64,000 nucleotides of DNA from Dudresnaya verticillata (Eukaryota): the NCBI GenBank assembly GCA_977862235.1, contig OZ374560.1, forward strand, positions 186,001-250,000. The letters run 5' to 3'. Positions 1 through 13,508 of the stretch are shown in pieces. Under the pieces are notes generated by a model that searched no databases, was not told the DNA's origin, and worked only from the letters and a program-made list of their open reading frames with translations. A program made the translations under genes and the position numbers. The number at the start of each line of letters is the position of its first letter. The first letter of the stretch is position 1.

Positions 1-23
1 GCGCGGCACTTTGTAGCCTTCGG

Positions 24-764
24 CTAAAACGGGCCTTCAGCATCAGCCAAAACCCCAGCGAGATTCCCCGCCTCATCTGCGTCTAGATCACATACTAGAG
101 CGGCACTCCAGTGTTCCTTGAAGGCAACGAGGATCTCCTTCTTGGCATGGCCGACAAGGCGACCCATGAAACCTTCAACACTCGATTTGGTTGTAGAAAG
201 CTCCCAGAGCTGGACCAAGCACTTCAAAACTGTTTTAGCAGCAACACGGTAAGCGAACTTGCGTTCGCTGTTATCCGGATCCCATTTCACTCCGAGTTGA
301 TCCAAAGCCTTACCGATTACGATGGACAACGCGTGCGGCTCCTCCTTCAGGAACAGGGGGTCTAGCGCCGCCCCAACGCTCAGCCGACCTGCGTCCACAG
401 ACTCGGAGGCCTGCCATACACGATGCACATCGGCGACGATCGTATCCGCGGTGCGTTTCCTGGGTTTCACCTCGACGTAGCAAGCAGGCAGGAACTCCCT
501 GTAGGCCACACGCTCTTCCTCTATAGACGGACAGCTCTTTTACTGGTACCCGGCCTCAGTTGAGCCGATCTCAATCTCCTTGGCGATCTGATGCAGTTCC
601 TTCTCCGCGGTCCCTTCAATATAAGCGTTGAGCAAGTTTCTCCAGGACAGCGATCTGAAGAAGGAGATGAGCTCGGAGCCTTTCAGTGTCACGAGCTTCT
701 GACCCGCGTCAGGCGCCACCAACAAAACGGCAGGGGCAGCCATTGCAATCACGCAAGAGAACAA
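24..764 (-). pseudogene. Interrupted ORF of unknown function, probably transposon-associated
   Basis: ORFs 540-764 and 24-509 are in the same frame, separated by 10 codons with stops. Protein-like composition, no recognised motif. Confidence 0.35.
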
Positions 765-1111
765 ATATGCAACCAGAAGAAACGCGGACTCTTAGTCTGA
801 ACACCGAACCAGGAAAAACACCGAGCTGCCGGGGCCAACCGTGCGACGCTTACGGGGAAGACCTCCTAAAGAACTCAGCACTGATTCACCCGCTAACGCG
901 CTCGCTCTCCACCAAAACTGTTTGACCCCGGGCCTGTCCCTGACCCTTCCGCCCCCAAAGCGATATTTCCAGCGCCAGGTGTCCCTGACCCTTCCGCTCT
1001 ACGCGATACCCCCAGAACCAGGCTCAGCGGAACTCTCGGATTTTTCGAATAAACCGTGCTGCAGAAACATCTTCTGTCGAAACACCGTTACCCTCACTAG
1101 GCTCTGCTGGA

Positions 1112-4100
1112 TTGTCTGATGAATCGTACGAGATGCCGGAAGACTTTGATGAATGCTCAGACGAGTCATACGGGCAAGAGAACGACGATGTCGACGAAGT
1201 TGCGCCTGAAGAAATTCAGGTAGTTCACGACGCCACACAAGCGGCGAGACTATTGTTCACCGACACAGATCATGCACGCCCATTTCAAGGAGCATGCGTC
1301 GACACGGGGGCACAGCGGTCGGTCGTAGGCAAGCAGCAGGCGATCGCATACTGCCAACATATGGGGATCCAATATAACCTGACGGAAGAAGGCAGCAACC
1401 AAACGAGATGGTCTTATCGTTTCGGCGACAAGCGGTATGAGGGCCTTGGCCTCATACAGGTCAGGATACCTGTCGAAGACGACCTGTTCATAACCATCGA
1501 CCTAGAGGTTGTGAACGTGGATGTGCCTATGCTATTTGGGCTCGATTACATGGAACAATACGCTGTCGTTATCGATGTCGGCAAGAGTACTATGGCTTCG
1601 AGAAGCAGAAACTGGAGCGTCCCACTGACCCACAAACGGGGCCACCTTTATGTGACATGAGACAAAGCCATTCTGTACTCGGTCGATGAACTGCGAAGGC
1701 TAAACGGACACTTCTAGCACCCGAACTCGCAGCGATTGTGCAGTGTCATGAGAAGAGCGAATCCATAAGACTGCTCGCCTGATGACCTGCCGGAGTTGAA
1801 AGCCATCGAGGAGTCCTGTGACATATGCCAACGCTTGGCGCAGGCTCCGCACCGGTTCAGGGCGTCGCTCCCGGCGAAATATGTTGTGTTCAATCGTACC
1901 CTGAGTCTAGATCTAATGGCACTGGAAAAGCGTCCAGTACTCCACGTGGTTGAGAAGGACACGAAAATGAGCGCCGCGTGTTTCCTCAAGGCGGAACACG
2001 TAGATACAGTGTGGAGAGCGTACCGCGACATATGGTCTTCAAGATATATCGGACAACCCGATACCTTCCACACAGACCAGGGACCTCAGTTCACATCTTC
2101 CGAGTTTGCAAGACTCTGCGGCACGGCCGGCATCAGGCTAGTGCTATCAGGAGTAGAGGAACACAATTCTCTCGGCGAGGGGGAGAAGTACCACGACTTT
2201 CTCCGGTACATGTATAAGCGTGTATTGAAGGAGCATCCTGCACTGGACTCCGGAGAATGTCTCCAACTACCCGTAAAGGCTCTGAAATACACGGCAGGGC
2301 CCAAGGGTTTGGTGCCGACCCTTCTTGTATTTGGGGATTTACCAAGGGTTTCCATTTCCCAATGGAACCCGGACCAGGAGGAACGCATGAAGGCAATGAG
2401 GGAAGCCCGATTGGAAACGGCCAAGCTCGTAGGTAAAAGCCGAATCAACCATGCGCTTCGATCCAACGTTCTTTCCGCATCCGTTCGAGATATTCGTGCC
2501 AGAGACGAGGTACTGGTATACCGAGAGGGTTTAAAGAAATCCGATGGATTATGGAAGGGCCCGTTTCGGGCTGTTGGAGTACAGGGGAAAATGGTAACCG
2601 TCGAGGTAAAGGGGAACCCACGCTATTCGCAATAGCCGAGGTCAAGCCTTACCGAAAAACTGGGGCAGAAGCAGGTCACGATGCTAACCCCGACAGCCAA
2701 GAGGTTAGCACGCCTGTCCCGGGTCTGGACGAGCTTCAGTCCGCTTTGAAGCATGAAATCGGGAGCATTGAAATCGGAGGATCCGCAGGTGACCACATAA
2801 GCCCGAACGAATTCTTCACGCACGAAAGTGAAGCCAAAACCCCCGCACCAACGTGGATAGCTCAACCAACACGGCACATATCACTGAGATCCTCGATATT
2901 CAGAAACTCGAGGAGGCTCAAAGGAGTTCAAAGAAGCAAAGCGGTCGGGGATTGATGCCCTGAATGCCATTTCAACCTGGAACGCCCTGAAGAAGTCCGA
3001 CTTACCTGCAGGAGCCAACATACTCCGAGGACGTTTCGCGCTAGCAATTAAGAACGTAGGCACGGAAAGGGAAAGATACAAGGCCCGTTACGTTGTGCAA
3101 GGGCCCAAGGATGCTGAGAAAGGACTCCTGGTTCATAACGGGTCCCCTATGCAGCAGCGATATACAAGGGTGATCGTATCGTTTGCTGCGGTTATGGGTT
3201 ACCGAACATTTAGCCACGACGTGACCCTGGTTTATTTACAAAGCGATGAGCCACTTAGTCGGGAGGTTTACTTGACCCCTCACAAGCAAGATGCGAGGTT
3301 CTCCAACCTTGGTCATGACGAAGCACGCCGTCTCGCTCGACCTCTCTATGGACTCTGCGACTCCGAAGACTACTGGAAGGAGACGTACTCACGTTTTGTT
3401 GAAGATCAACTCGGGATGGAAGCTCTCGATGGAGATGACTCAGTATACGCCTTTCGTGACTCTACAAACCCCACCGAGCAGGTTTACGTGCCAGTCGATG
3501 GGGTTCTCAGAATTTATGTGGACTATTCCATCGGTGCAGGGAACGAAGCCTTCATCTCTCATACGAGAGCCTCGTTCATCGGTTCACGTCCAACCCAAAT
3601 TTTTTGGATAATTTCATTTTTGGGGCTTAGAATCAAGACTGACGACGATGCCAGGACGATACTGCAGCAGAGCTATGTTGAGAAGCTACCTGTGCTACCA
3701 AACTCCGCATCATTTGCGGACTTCCATAGTGCACGGGCAGCGCTGGCCTGGGTATCCCATACCAGACCTGACGTATGCTGCATCATCAACAAGGCCGCTC
3801 AAGTAACCGAAAAGCATTTTGGAGAGCAAGATATCATTCTCGTTAACAAGATTGTCAAGTATTTGAAGAACACAAGAACGCATGGACTCAGGTATGGTGA
3901 AATGGACGTAGATGACGCACAACGGAGAGTGTAAATAGATGCATCCTTCGGTACCAATGCAGACTCTAGCTCTCAGCTTGGCTACCTTATCTTTCTCTGC
4001 GACGGGAAGAATCGCACACACGTTCTCGACTTCTCGAGCCGGAAGTGTAAGAGGATCACTAGATCCATACTGGGCGACGAAGTGTATGCCTTTACGGATG

Positions 4101-4405
4101 GATTCGACGCAGCCTTCATTATACAGCACGATCTAAAGAGGCTCTATGGAAAGGTGATTCCTATCCAAATTCGTACAGATTCGCGTCAACTCTTCGACGT
4201 CATCAGAAAAGGATCTTCAACTCAAGGGCGAAGGCTAACGATCGACGTCGCTGCCGCTCGACAGGCATATAACGCCTTCGAAATAGACCATATCTGTTTC
4301 ATCCGCGGAGTTCATAATCCTGCAGATGGGCTGACCAAGAAAAAGGCATGTAAGCCTTTGTTATCACTCCTCCGCACCTTCATCGACAACACTCCTGTTG
4401 AGTAG
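1112..4405 (+). mobile_element. Degenerate Ty1/copia pol (PR-IN-RT-RH), GalEa-like
   Basis: Protease VDTGAQRSVVG; integrase CDIC, SLDLM, TDQGPQF, NSLGEGEKYH, GPKGLVPTLLVFG; RT KARYVVQG, LYGLCDS, IYVDY; RNase H DASF, TDSRQLFD, NPADGLTK. Copia domain order, several stops and frameshifts, gag and 5' LTR not seen. Confidence 0.92.
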
Positions 4406-4449
4406 TGGGTTGTCCGAGGTGATCATGCTCAGGTTTAGAGTCTGGGGAG

Positions 4450-4723
4450 TATGGAACTGATTTACGTAGGGTCGCGTGTTAAAGGGCGATAGGCCAGAAG
4501 GAGGTGCGTAGCACCTCCGACGCGCTTCGCATGTCACCACTAGGGTGCTTCTCTGAACGAGACTAACTCGTGCGTAGTATAAGGCCTCCCGCCTTCCGAG
4601 TAGCGGAAGCGGGAGAAGGGGGGTAAGTATTTTAGCTGTACTACTGCGGACTCCAGCCAACGTTGGCTAGGGTCGCTCAGTAAAGCCACCCGCCGTCGGG
4701 TAATCCTGAGCCAGACTACAGCA
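4450..4723 (+). repeat. Probable 3' LTR of the copia element
   Basis: Follows the purine run GGGGAG (4444-4449) just after the RNase H stop, contains TATAAG and ends ..CAGCA. No second copy in the window, so boundaries are uncertain. Confidence 0.4.
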
Positions 4724-7700
4724 GTGCCTATCGGTACAGTAAAGGAGGCTTACTGGGTTGAAACCCCTGAACGAAAGGGAGATCCACGCAGAGCTTTGCC
4801 GGCCTCTTTCCTCTTGTATTCCCAACTATGCTCTACCCATTGCTACGTTTTTCTTTCCTATCATCTATCTCTCACGCTGTGCCGCTCTTTAACTGGCTAT
4901 ATCCTGATGTTTCCAATACATAGCTCAGTCTATTTTCTGTATATGCGTAGGAATCCTAGCGCAGCCGTGGACATGATATTAGCCGTGTCCCTCATGCACT
5001 TCATCTCTTCTGCTTCTTTCACACAATTTTCCATGCATTCCCGAAAGGGTCCCAAAGCTATTTCAATCCCCAACAGTCACAGTGAGAGTTTCTGAAAGCC
5101 GGTACAGAACAGTGAACGTATCAATCCCAATTAGAGGATACTGTTTCGGACTGAGATGGAAAAGTCCCCTCCCTCAAGTGAGTGAGCTTCCTGTTAGCAG
5201 TTTACTACTTTTTGATGCCTCGTTTGATGACAGGAGACATATTTCGTATTCCATGCATGCGAATGAATCCAAATATGCATGTAATGTGCCGAAAGTTGGG
5301 TTGGTATGCTCTATTGGTATGCGATCCTGATTCCTTTTCGATCATATACCGTTTACAGTTGGTGTACTATTCTGTTTGGGCGGTTGAGAAAAGTACCACC
5401 ACGAAGCGCGAAAGGTTACGGAAGGCGACGTGCAATACGTAAGTTCGCACAAGCTCTAGCCTTTAAACTCACCGCGGTTACACAAACAAGGGATGCAGTA
5501 AGGTGGAGCACAGCACTACATACATATTCCATAGACCTGAGTACGACCCTGACCTGGCCTGTGCCCATGCCTCTCTCTTCGATAGAGATTATCAAGCGCT
5601 TGAGATGGTGGAAAGCGAAGTTTGAGGTTGTGTATCAATCGCTTTTCGCTCTTTAAATGCCCAATGTGTGGATAGCGAGCCAGCAGCGTTCTACAAATCA
5701 GAAGGTCGTCGGAAGAAGGGTAGTTCTGAGTTCTATTAATCAGAATTTCCTCGGACGCAGGCTAGTTTGGGGTTCCAAAGTCATTTGGGTGGCTACTGCT
5801 GGCCCGCACTTCCCGGAGACCGGAAGGACTCCTGGTCCATAACGTTTGCAGATGTTGGCCCACTGCAGCTGGCACGATAATTTCTTTCCTTCTTTATCCC
5901 TCCGACCCGCCCAAGCTGGTTTACTTCAAATTGTATCCTTTTTTATTACCACTTAACAATGCGAAGATGTCACTAGTATCTATCTTCTATTTCCTATAGG
6001 CACACAAACTTCTTCGGTCTAGTTTAGGTACTACTCCTCCAAATACAGTAATCATTTTCCTTTAAAGGGTTACCTACGAAGCCGCGAGGCAGGCAATCAT
6101 TCCATCGGTTAAGAAAAATCTGTGATTTCTCCGCTCCCCGCCAGCAGGGTGAAGAGATCCTGATTGAGGCCCGAAAGGTCTCGAAGGGGAAAATCTTGAG
6201 GATGCTGGAATCGATTTATCGTTGTTGGCGACATACGGGTGCATCGCCCGTCACTGCCGCGATAAAAAGGCTTTGGCATCACGCGGTACCCCTTCGAATA
6301 TGGGGCAAACGTCAGGGCCTTCCATGGGTAATACTTCTAGCACAAGGAGTGGCCGATCAGTAGCGCGATGACGGCTTCAAAAGTATGCATACAATTTGTT
6401 AATACGAAGCAAACTACATGAACTCAGCGGGCTACTGGATGGATTTCCAAGACGCCAAGTTTATGCTGAGGGATGACGCACCTCGCGTTCCGAATGAAGA
6501 AAAGATGAAAGCTCTCCTCTATGAGTTGTGGGGAATCATCTCAAACCGATATGCTTTTGGAATTGGATTTTTCGGAATGCGAGTCTAGTTCAACCGTAAG
6601 TCGCCCAAGAAACCTCGCCTGGCACGTATTCACTTGTCTGTATAGAGAACAAGTACGTGGTGCCGGGTGCAGATGATCAATGTGATTTTATGGAAAAGGT
6701 GGATACCCATACGGGCATTCAGATGCAAGGGACAGCAGAAATATATGGCTCTCGGCAAATCTTAGCACCCAGTGCACGCAATGCCTGCTGTAGGTTGGAA
6801 GGCAGCGGCAGGTGGATTCTTGACAGAAGCTTCGGGTTTCAGCTTACCTATGTAGGGCTATCGAGGTTGGGATTTATGACGCCCTAACAATCGCGTTCAC
6901 TGATGAACTCGGCGACGTTCGTCAATCGGAGGAAGGCATACAATTTGGGTTAGATGACCTCGATATAGGTGACAGAAAAAGTGTCTATGATAAGATTACC
7001 AAGATAGAAGCAATGTAGGCTAAGCCTGACGGCTTGATGGCTTTATAATATTTACAGTTCGGCAGGATGTCCGAAGACTTGAGGGGACATTTGTCGATAC
7101 TTTCCCCCGGCAGAACCAGAATTGGAAAACTGGGAGTGTACGAATAGATACTGTCCCGTAGCTCTCTTTAGATAGTGAATGGACACCGCTTGTTGTCGTT
7201 CTATTTCAGAAATGGTTATCCGTAGTTTACACTCTCTCCGCAGATGTGAGACTGATCCATCTTTCGCTATCAAGGGAGATTATTTTGCTTCATTGCTCTA
7301 CTACTCGGGTAGAGAAGGTCTCCCATATGGGCTTCGGAACTCATTTCCGTGCTCGTTCGATACTTAAGAACCGTTTTGGGAACCGATTGTTACACTATTT
7401 GGACGAATGTCTAACTGGTTCGTCTCGTGCGGTCTCGCGTGCTACTCTGTTAGACTGTAGGAGGGCTGCTCAGAATATTCAAAATATTTTTGGATGGACC
7501 GGTTGGGTCTTTCGAGACTCCTTACGAAACGCGAATGGACTAGTGCTACTCCCGTCGAAAATCGGGGGTGGTACTGGAATCGATCGCGTCGAAGGTCTAC
7601 GTAGTTGTTCTCAAAATGCTGAACGTGGAGAGTTTGGTATGTCGGTTACTCAGGCAGGCCCACAATTGCTGTGGTTGGCTGTCATATCAGTCATATTGAA

Positions 7701-8075
7701 TCATTTGTGTCTCTTTCCCTAGCCTTGCCTTTCGCAATATTTTACACGACATACATCTACACTGACCTGGCCAGGAATATGCAATCCAGTCCGCGAACAT
7801 TGTGTCTCCAGGGTATCTGATATTTGAGGTTTTGGAAAACACTCAGCTGCGCACAAATGGATGGTCGTGAGTCGAGGCCGCAGCCTGACCGTTGCTCACT
7901 GTATTCAGACCCGGCTGACTTCGGTTTTGGTGAAACCCCAGCACCGGACCGAGGACCTCTTCGACAAAGGCATTGGGAAGCTCAGGGCGTTTGAAACTGG
8001 CAGTAAAGGGCACAGCCTATTACCCTCAGAGAGATAAAGGCAATGCGTCTTCTACTATCAGGACTATGGTAAACA

Positions 8076-9733
8076 TGTCAGGCCGAACTTACTTTTTGCT
8101 GTACTGCTCCGAAGCCGGACACCCAGACCCGTCGATGGGGGGAAGGTAGGTAGAAGTTAAAGCTGGGTGTCAGCAGCGGGCGCAATCGGGGGTCGCGGAT
8201 CTGACCGCATCGAAGCCTCAGCGCGCATGGGGCGTGCCGTATTCGGGCGGCAGTGGGCGTATCTCAACGTCCCCTTATTGGAGCCGCACGAAGCCGACGG
8301 TAGATAATGAAAAGGGAAAGCCTAGACGCCTAGGTATAAGGGAAAAGCAGTAGGGCAAAACAATAGGTATCGAACCCCTAGAAGAAGGGATAAAGCTTCA
8401 GCGTAGGCGTTGCTTGTTCTTCATTACTTAGCCATCAGTGAAGACTATCCTTGAATAGACTACTACACTCCCGCTGCTGCACCAACTCGGGAGGTGCGCC
8501 CACACCCCCGAAAATATGTCGACACGCATGGGTAACTGCTACTCAGGGCACGCGCAGGCATAGCGGCCCGCCACTTACTCCACAGCTCAATACCGGAGTG
8601 CGCGTGCGTCGCGTTCCGTGTGCGGTACTGTGCGCGGGAGAGCAAGGCGTCCGACCGCCTCTTAAACTAGACTGCACTGTAAACGCAAAAAAAGCGTAGA
8701 AAATGTGCAGGAGTGTTAGTGTTACGCACGTACGCGTGGACGCCACAGCGCACTGGTTTACTGCTCCATCGGGGCTTCGATACTACCGGTTGACAGCGTG
8801 CGCATAGCGTGGCGCACGTGGTGCATAGTAGGGCATAGCGTGGCGCACGTGGCGCAGCTGGTCATACAGCTATGTAGCAAGGACCGATCGGGGAGGTAGT
8901 ATGGGACTCGGGAATCAGTGTGGCATAGCAGTAAGACCAGATGTGCCACACCTTCGCAGCTATAAGACCAGCTGCGCCACGTGTGCACCACTGTGCGCAC
9001 GCTGTCAGCCGGTGGCGCCGAAGCCCCGCTGAGCTGCAAGGAAGTGCGCTGTGGCGCCCGCGCGCCCGCGTATACGAGTGTGACACTGACACTCCCGTGT
9101 AACTTGTACGTCTATGTTTTTGTAGTGTACAGAACCGTCTAGTGTAAGCGGCGGTTGAACGCCCTGCTGTCCCGCGCGCCGTGCGCACTCACTCCGGCGT
9201 AGAGCCGTTGAGTGCGTGACACGCTCGCGCGTACTCCGGCGTCGAGCCGTTGAGTACGTGTGGACCGTTTCGCCCACGCGCGCCCCCGGGTTACCGTTAC
9301 CCGTACGCGTCGACACGGGGCACGCCGGTGCACCTCCCGATTTGGTGCCGCCGCGGGCCCTGTAGTCTATTTAGTAGTCGCCGCTCTGGTCTCGAGTAAA
9401 AACGGCAAGCGAGCCTATGCCAGGCTTGCCCCTTTCTGCTTTGGATTTCTTTCCCAGCCTTTCGCCCTACGGCTTCCCTCTTTCCCTAGCCGCCTAGGCT
9501 TTCCTTTTCCATTCCGTACCGTCGGCTCCGTGCTGCCCCACGACGGGGACGCAGGGATCCGGCCTCTGCCGCCCGCGTGCGGTCCGCCCAGTGCGCGCTC
9601 AGGCTTCGACGCCGTAGATCCGCGACCGGCAACGGCGCGCGCGACCGACACCACCGCTCTACCACTACCGCCCTTGGACGGGTCTGGGTGCGATGAAGAG
9701 ACCAGCCGCGCTAGACGTCAGTTCGACCTGACA
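8076..9733. mobile_element. 1.66-kb imperfect foldback element with TGTCAGG...CCTGACA ends
   Basis: Arms 8076-~8871 and ~8958-9733 align as diverged reverse complements along their length, e.g. CCGGTTGACAGCGTGCGCATAG / CTGTGCGCACGCTGTCAGCCGG. Flanks AAACA / ACACA. Confidence 0.8.
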
Positions 9734-9994
9734 ACACAACTTTCGATAGATTCAGGGGCAATTTTCCAAACAGTCGTGCACCGACCATCTCCGAATAGGT
9801 CTTTCTATTGAACATTAGAAAGGGGAGCTGAAGCGGAGAAGAGGGGTGAAATCCGTTTTGCGATTGCACCTATACAACGGAAGTTATGGCTGTCGACATA
9901 TGGCGTTTATACGGCCCGAAGCTTTCGTGAAAGTTTTGATCTATTTCGAAACTTCCTTTACATTTTAGTTCCAAAATTTTCCCTGGCCCAGCAG

Positions 9995-10256
9995 TGCTGC
10001 CGCTCGCCCGGCGCTCCGCTAAGGTGCGCCCTGCCTTGCCTTGTGCTCCACTCAGTGGTGTCTCCTGCGCAAAAGCAGTCGCGCGCGCCGCGGCTCGTGC
10101 GGGGCCCAGTTCGAGATTTTTCCGTGGCCCATTGGTGCCGCCGCGCACCCGGCCCCCGGCTCAAGAGCGTCCCGCCTTGCTTCGTGCTGCACTCAATGGT
10201 GGCTCTTGCGAAAAAGTAGTCGCGCGCGCAGCGGCCCACGCGGGGCCAATCGAGCT
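9995..10256 (+). repeat. Diverged ~140-bp tandem duplication, GC-rich
   Basis: GCCTTGC..GTGCT.CACTCA.TGGTG..TGCG.AAAAG.AGTCGCGCGCGC..GCGGGGCC occurs twice. Confidence 0.7.
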
Positions 10257-11987
10257 TGCCTCGCCAACGCCAAGCCAACTTTTGCTGCGCGCGCCCTCCT
10301 GTCCTTTGTACCCGTCCGGCGGCGCCCGCGTGACTGCTTGCAATTTCCGTCCGCCCTTTTCTCGTTTCACTATCGCGCGCCCTGCGGTCGCAACGCAACT
10401 GGTTTATCGAGCCTGCTTCTCTGCGATAGCTCCGCCTTGCCCTTTCTCCACTGCCGCCCCGGTAATGCTGCCGCGGGATATACGTAGCACTATGGATACG
10501 CACCCTCCTTCACGCAACTATTTCTATAGTTGCAACTCGCGACTCGTACTCCCCACTTAATTACTTGTACAGTACACCATGCACAACAATAGACAAAAAC
10601 AAACTAGAGTAAACTAATCACACGTTGCAATCCAACACTTCCGTCTCTCCATCAATATCCGCCAAACCCCACCCGAGCCGCTCAAGCACCCCCTCCACAC
10701 GCAGCCATACCTGTACCACAGAAGCCCTGGCACCGAGGAGTGCGTTCTTAAGTTTGAACAGCACATGCTCGAGTGCCTACGCTCCCCTGCACAGGCGCTC
10801 CGCCCTTTCGCACGCCCTCCCCGCATCCCTTTCCAGTCCGTGAAGGGCGCCGAAAGGGCAGATGCGACCTTCACTTGACGTTGTTGCGTTTCCTGGAGGA
10901 GAGAGGGTCCCACCCGAGCACCAGGTGCTTTTAAACCTTTTAATGTATATGCCTGTTCAAGCTAGGTTAGTAGAACAAATTCTGCGAGCTCTTGAAGCGA
11001 CATCGGCGTTGACCGCACGCATGCGGATGCTCCGTCGCACGAGGGAAAGCGTAGGACGCGATCCACTGCTATTGCCACATCTGACCGTTGTGCGAACGCA
11101 GTCGACATTATGCAGGCAATTGGGCAGTTTAATCGTGCAGTTTAATCACGCTTACCGCTACGGGCCGGTGCTATGAACTTACCAAACTCGATCCTGCGCA
11201 GAATCTGCATTGCAGCTAATGACTTGGAAATGGTTGAAGGTGGTGAGCTGTACATGGGAAACACGTTATGACGTCTGTCCTAGCCCCAGCAACCTGCTGT
11301 GATACGATCCCCTCTGGCAAATGTCTGAAGGATTTTGCCTTAACCGTGCAAGAATAGGAGAGAAGTCGAACCGCCTTCGGCGGGGGCGGCGCTGCGCGCC
11401 GCTAGACCCCGCGCCTTCGGCCCAGGACGGCACTGAGTGCTGGTATGATAAGCCCCGCGCTCGGCGTGGGGTGTAACGGCGGTCGCGCGTGCACAATAGT
11501 AAAGGACCAAATTAAGAAATCAGTCGCCCAGAAAAGGTGTCGGCTGTAAGGAGCAACATCCCGCCAATCAATGGTGAGCTTTGCTGCTGCTGCTGCTGCT
11601 GCTGATTTTTTCATTGGCGCTGCGGCTGTGTATTTTAGATATAATTTCGGATGCGTAGAAACTATTGCGGCGCCAAGTGGATTTGTTGGCGCATCGATAT
11701 GGCATTTTGTTTATTTTTCGAGACCTGGCCGGGCTAATACTACCCTTCACGCGGTCATACCCACATAAATTCCTACTATAAGGTTAACAAGGGCAACGAC
11801 GCGGCGCTGCGCGCCGCTATGCGCCGCGCAGCCGCGCCTTCGGCGCGGCTGACTCCTGTATCCTCTGTCGCAGGATGGGATACTGTGGGATACCGGGGTA
11901 GGTTTGGGTCCCTTGATAACGACAGGAGTCTTAAAATTTCTTTGTAATGATATTTGTTTCCAAGCCGTGAGACAGGTGCGGTTTTAA

Positions 11988-12173
11988 TCACATAAATTAA
12001 GAATGGAGGCGCACGGCGGGACTGTAAGATCGTATCACTGTAGCGCGGCGGCGCGTCTGTCAATTTACTGTCAGAAAATCGGAGCGCACCAATGGGCGCG
12101 CGTTGATTTGGAACCGCGGCAAAATGCAGCCAATCGGGTGGCGCGGCTTGGCGGTCAGCCAATGGGGTTGCAG

Positions 12174-12205
<32 letters not shown>

Positions 12206-12438
12206 ATGCTGCTGCTGCTGATGCTGCTGCTGCTGCTGATGCTGCTGCTGCTGCTGAAGTTTTCTATTGGGCGTAAAAGGGTGAACTAGTAATATTTTTA
12301 GGCGTGCGTAGAAATAGGTTTGGCGGCAAGGGATGGTAATGGCGGGCGGATGTTAATTTCTACTATGGCGGGCGGATGTTAATTTCTACAAATGTTTTAC
12401 GTGTACGAAGCCCTCAAGGGGCCTCGTACACTGACTAA
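11988..12438 (+). mobile_element. Putative non-autonomous Helitron-like element
   Basis: A|TC 5' end; hairpin GTGTACGAAGCCC-TCAA-GGGGCCTCGTACAC (12401-12431) followed by CTAA|T. A diverged partial copy lies at ~11505-11700. Confidence 0.45.
12179..12256 (+). repeat. (GCT)n microsatellite with GAT interruptions
   Basis: Seen directly; shorter copy at ~11583-11604. Confidence 0.95.
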
Positions 12439-13508
12439 TCATTACTATGGGGAGAATGTGAATTTATATCTCCAACTCTATTGCTACAAACACCGATGGA
12501 GAATTGGAAAGTTATAACTATAGTTTGCAACAGGGAACCATTAAGGTAAGTTAGTAGATTACGGAACAGTGCGCGTTTCCCCATGTCTACTACTGAACCT
12601 TAGTTGTAGGAGTAGGCTGGTATATTAGGTTTTGGGAGCTCAAACCAAACCAACGGGAACCATGCTGTACGCAAACATGTCACAATGCACATTACTAATT
12701 AAGTTCGTATTAATGCAGAACATCTCCCCTGAGTGTGAGGGGGGGCCATCCGTGCGTACGCGCTCATTACTAGCGAGTGGTATCGGTGTATAGCTCCTGT
12801 ATGGCTTCCAAAGCTTTCCAGAATCTCATCGCATTCGCACGGTGTAGTGGAAGGCCTTGTGGGCTGTTCCGATGTTTCAATCAGTCCATCTTGCCACTGC
12901 CTGCCACAACTACATGGCAGGACTCGCATGAAATCAGGCGACGCAACTGGTAATTGGGAAAATACAATTATAATACTTATCTCAACACCAGGTGGTTTCA
13001 ATATCATTTCCCTCTACTTCAAGATCTCATCTGGTGATATGTCAAGCCGCCGATATTTCTGAACCACACGAACTTCCCGTCTGTCCGTTGATATCTGCCT
13101 TCACAATCCGCACTGTCCCTGGTTCAAGACGCTGCAGCGACCATGAGCAAAATAAAAGCTTCGGGTCGTGGCAGGAAGTCCGGTTCCGCAGTGCGGAGAA
13201 GGACAGCCGCACGCCCTCATGGTGATCAGGCTGCTACAGCACGTCCTGCTCCCGAACGCCAAACCACAACTACTGTACTACCGCAGCTCGCGAAGAGAAG
13301 CCGTGTTGTAAGCAGGTGCATATAGCCTTTTATTGCATAGACCTGTTCTGACACGCATAACACACGTGTTATCATATACCCAAAACCTTCTTACGTTGCT
13401 TCCGAGCCATCTCCTCCCTCTTCGTGTCTACAATGTATTGATAGCGTCGCATCCGCTTCCTAATGTTCTCCAAGTGCCGAGGAGGGGATGCCCGCTCCTC
13501 TTCCAACT

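Noticed and set aside
6418..6887. Decayed homologue of the antisense ORF (GYWMD, WILDRS versus SFWLD, WVLDAS)
   Set aside because: Only short motifs in different frames; not supportable without an alignment.
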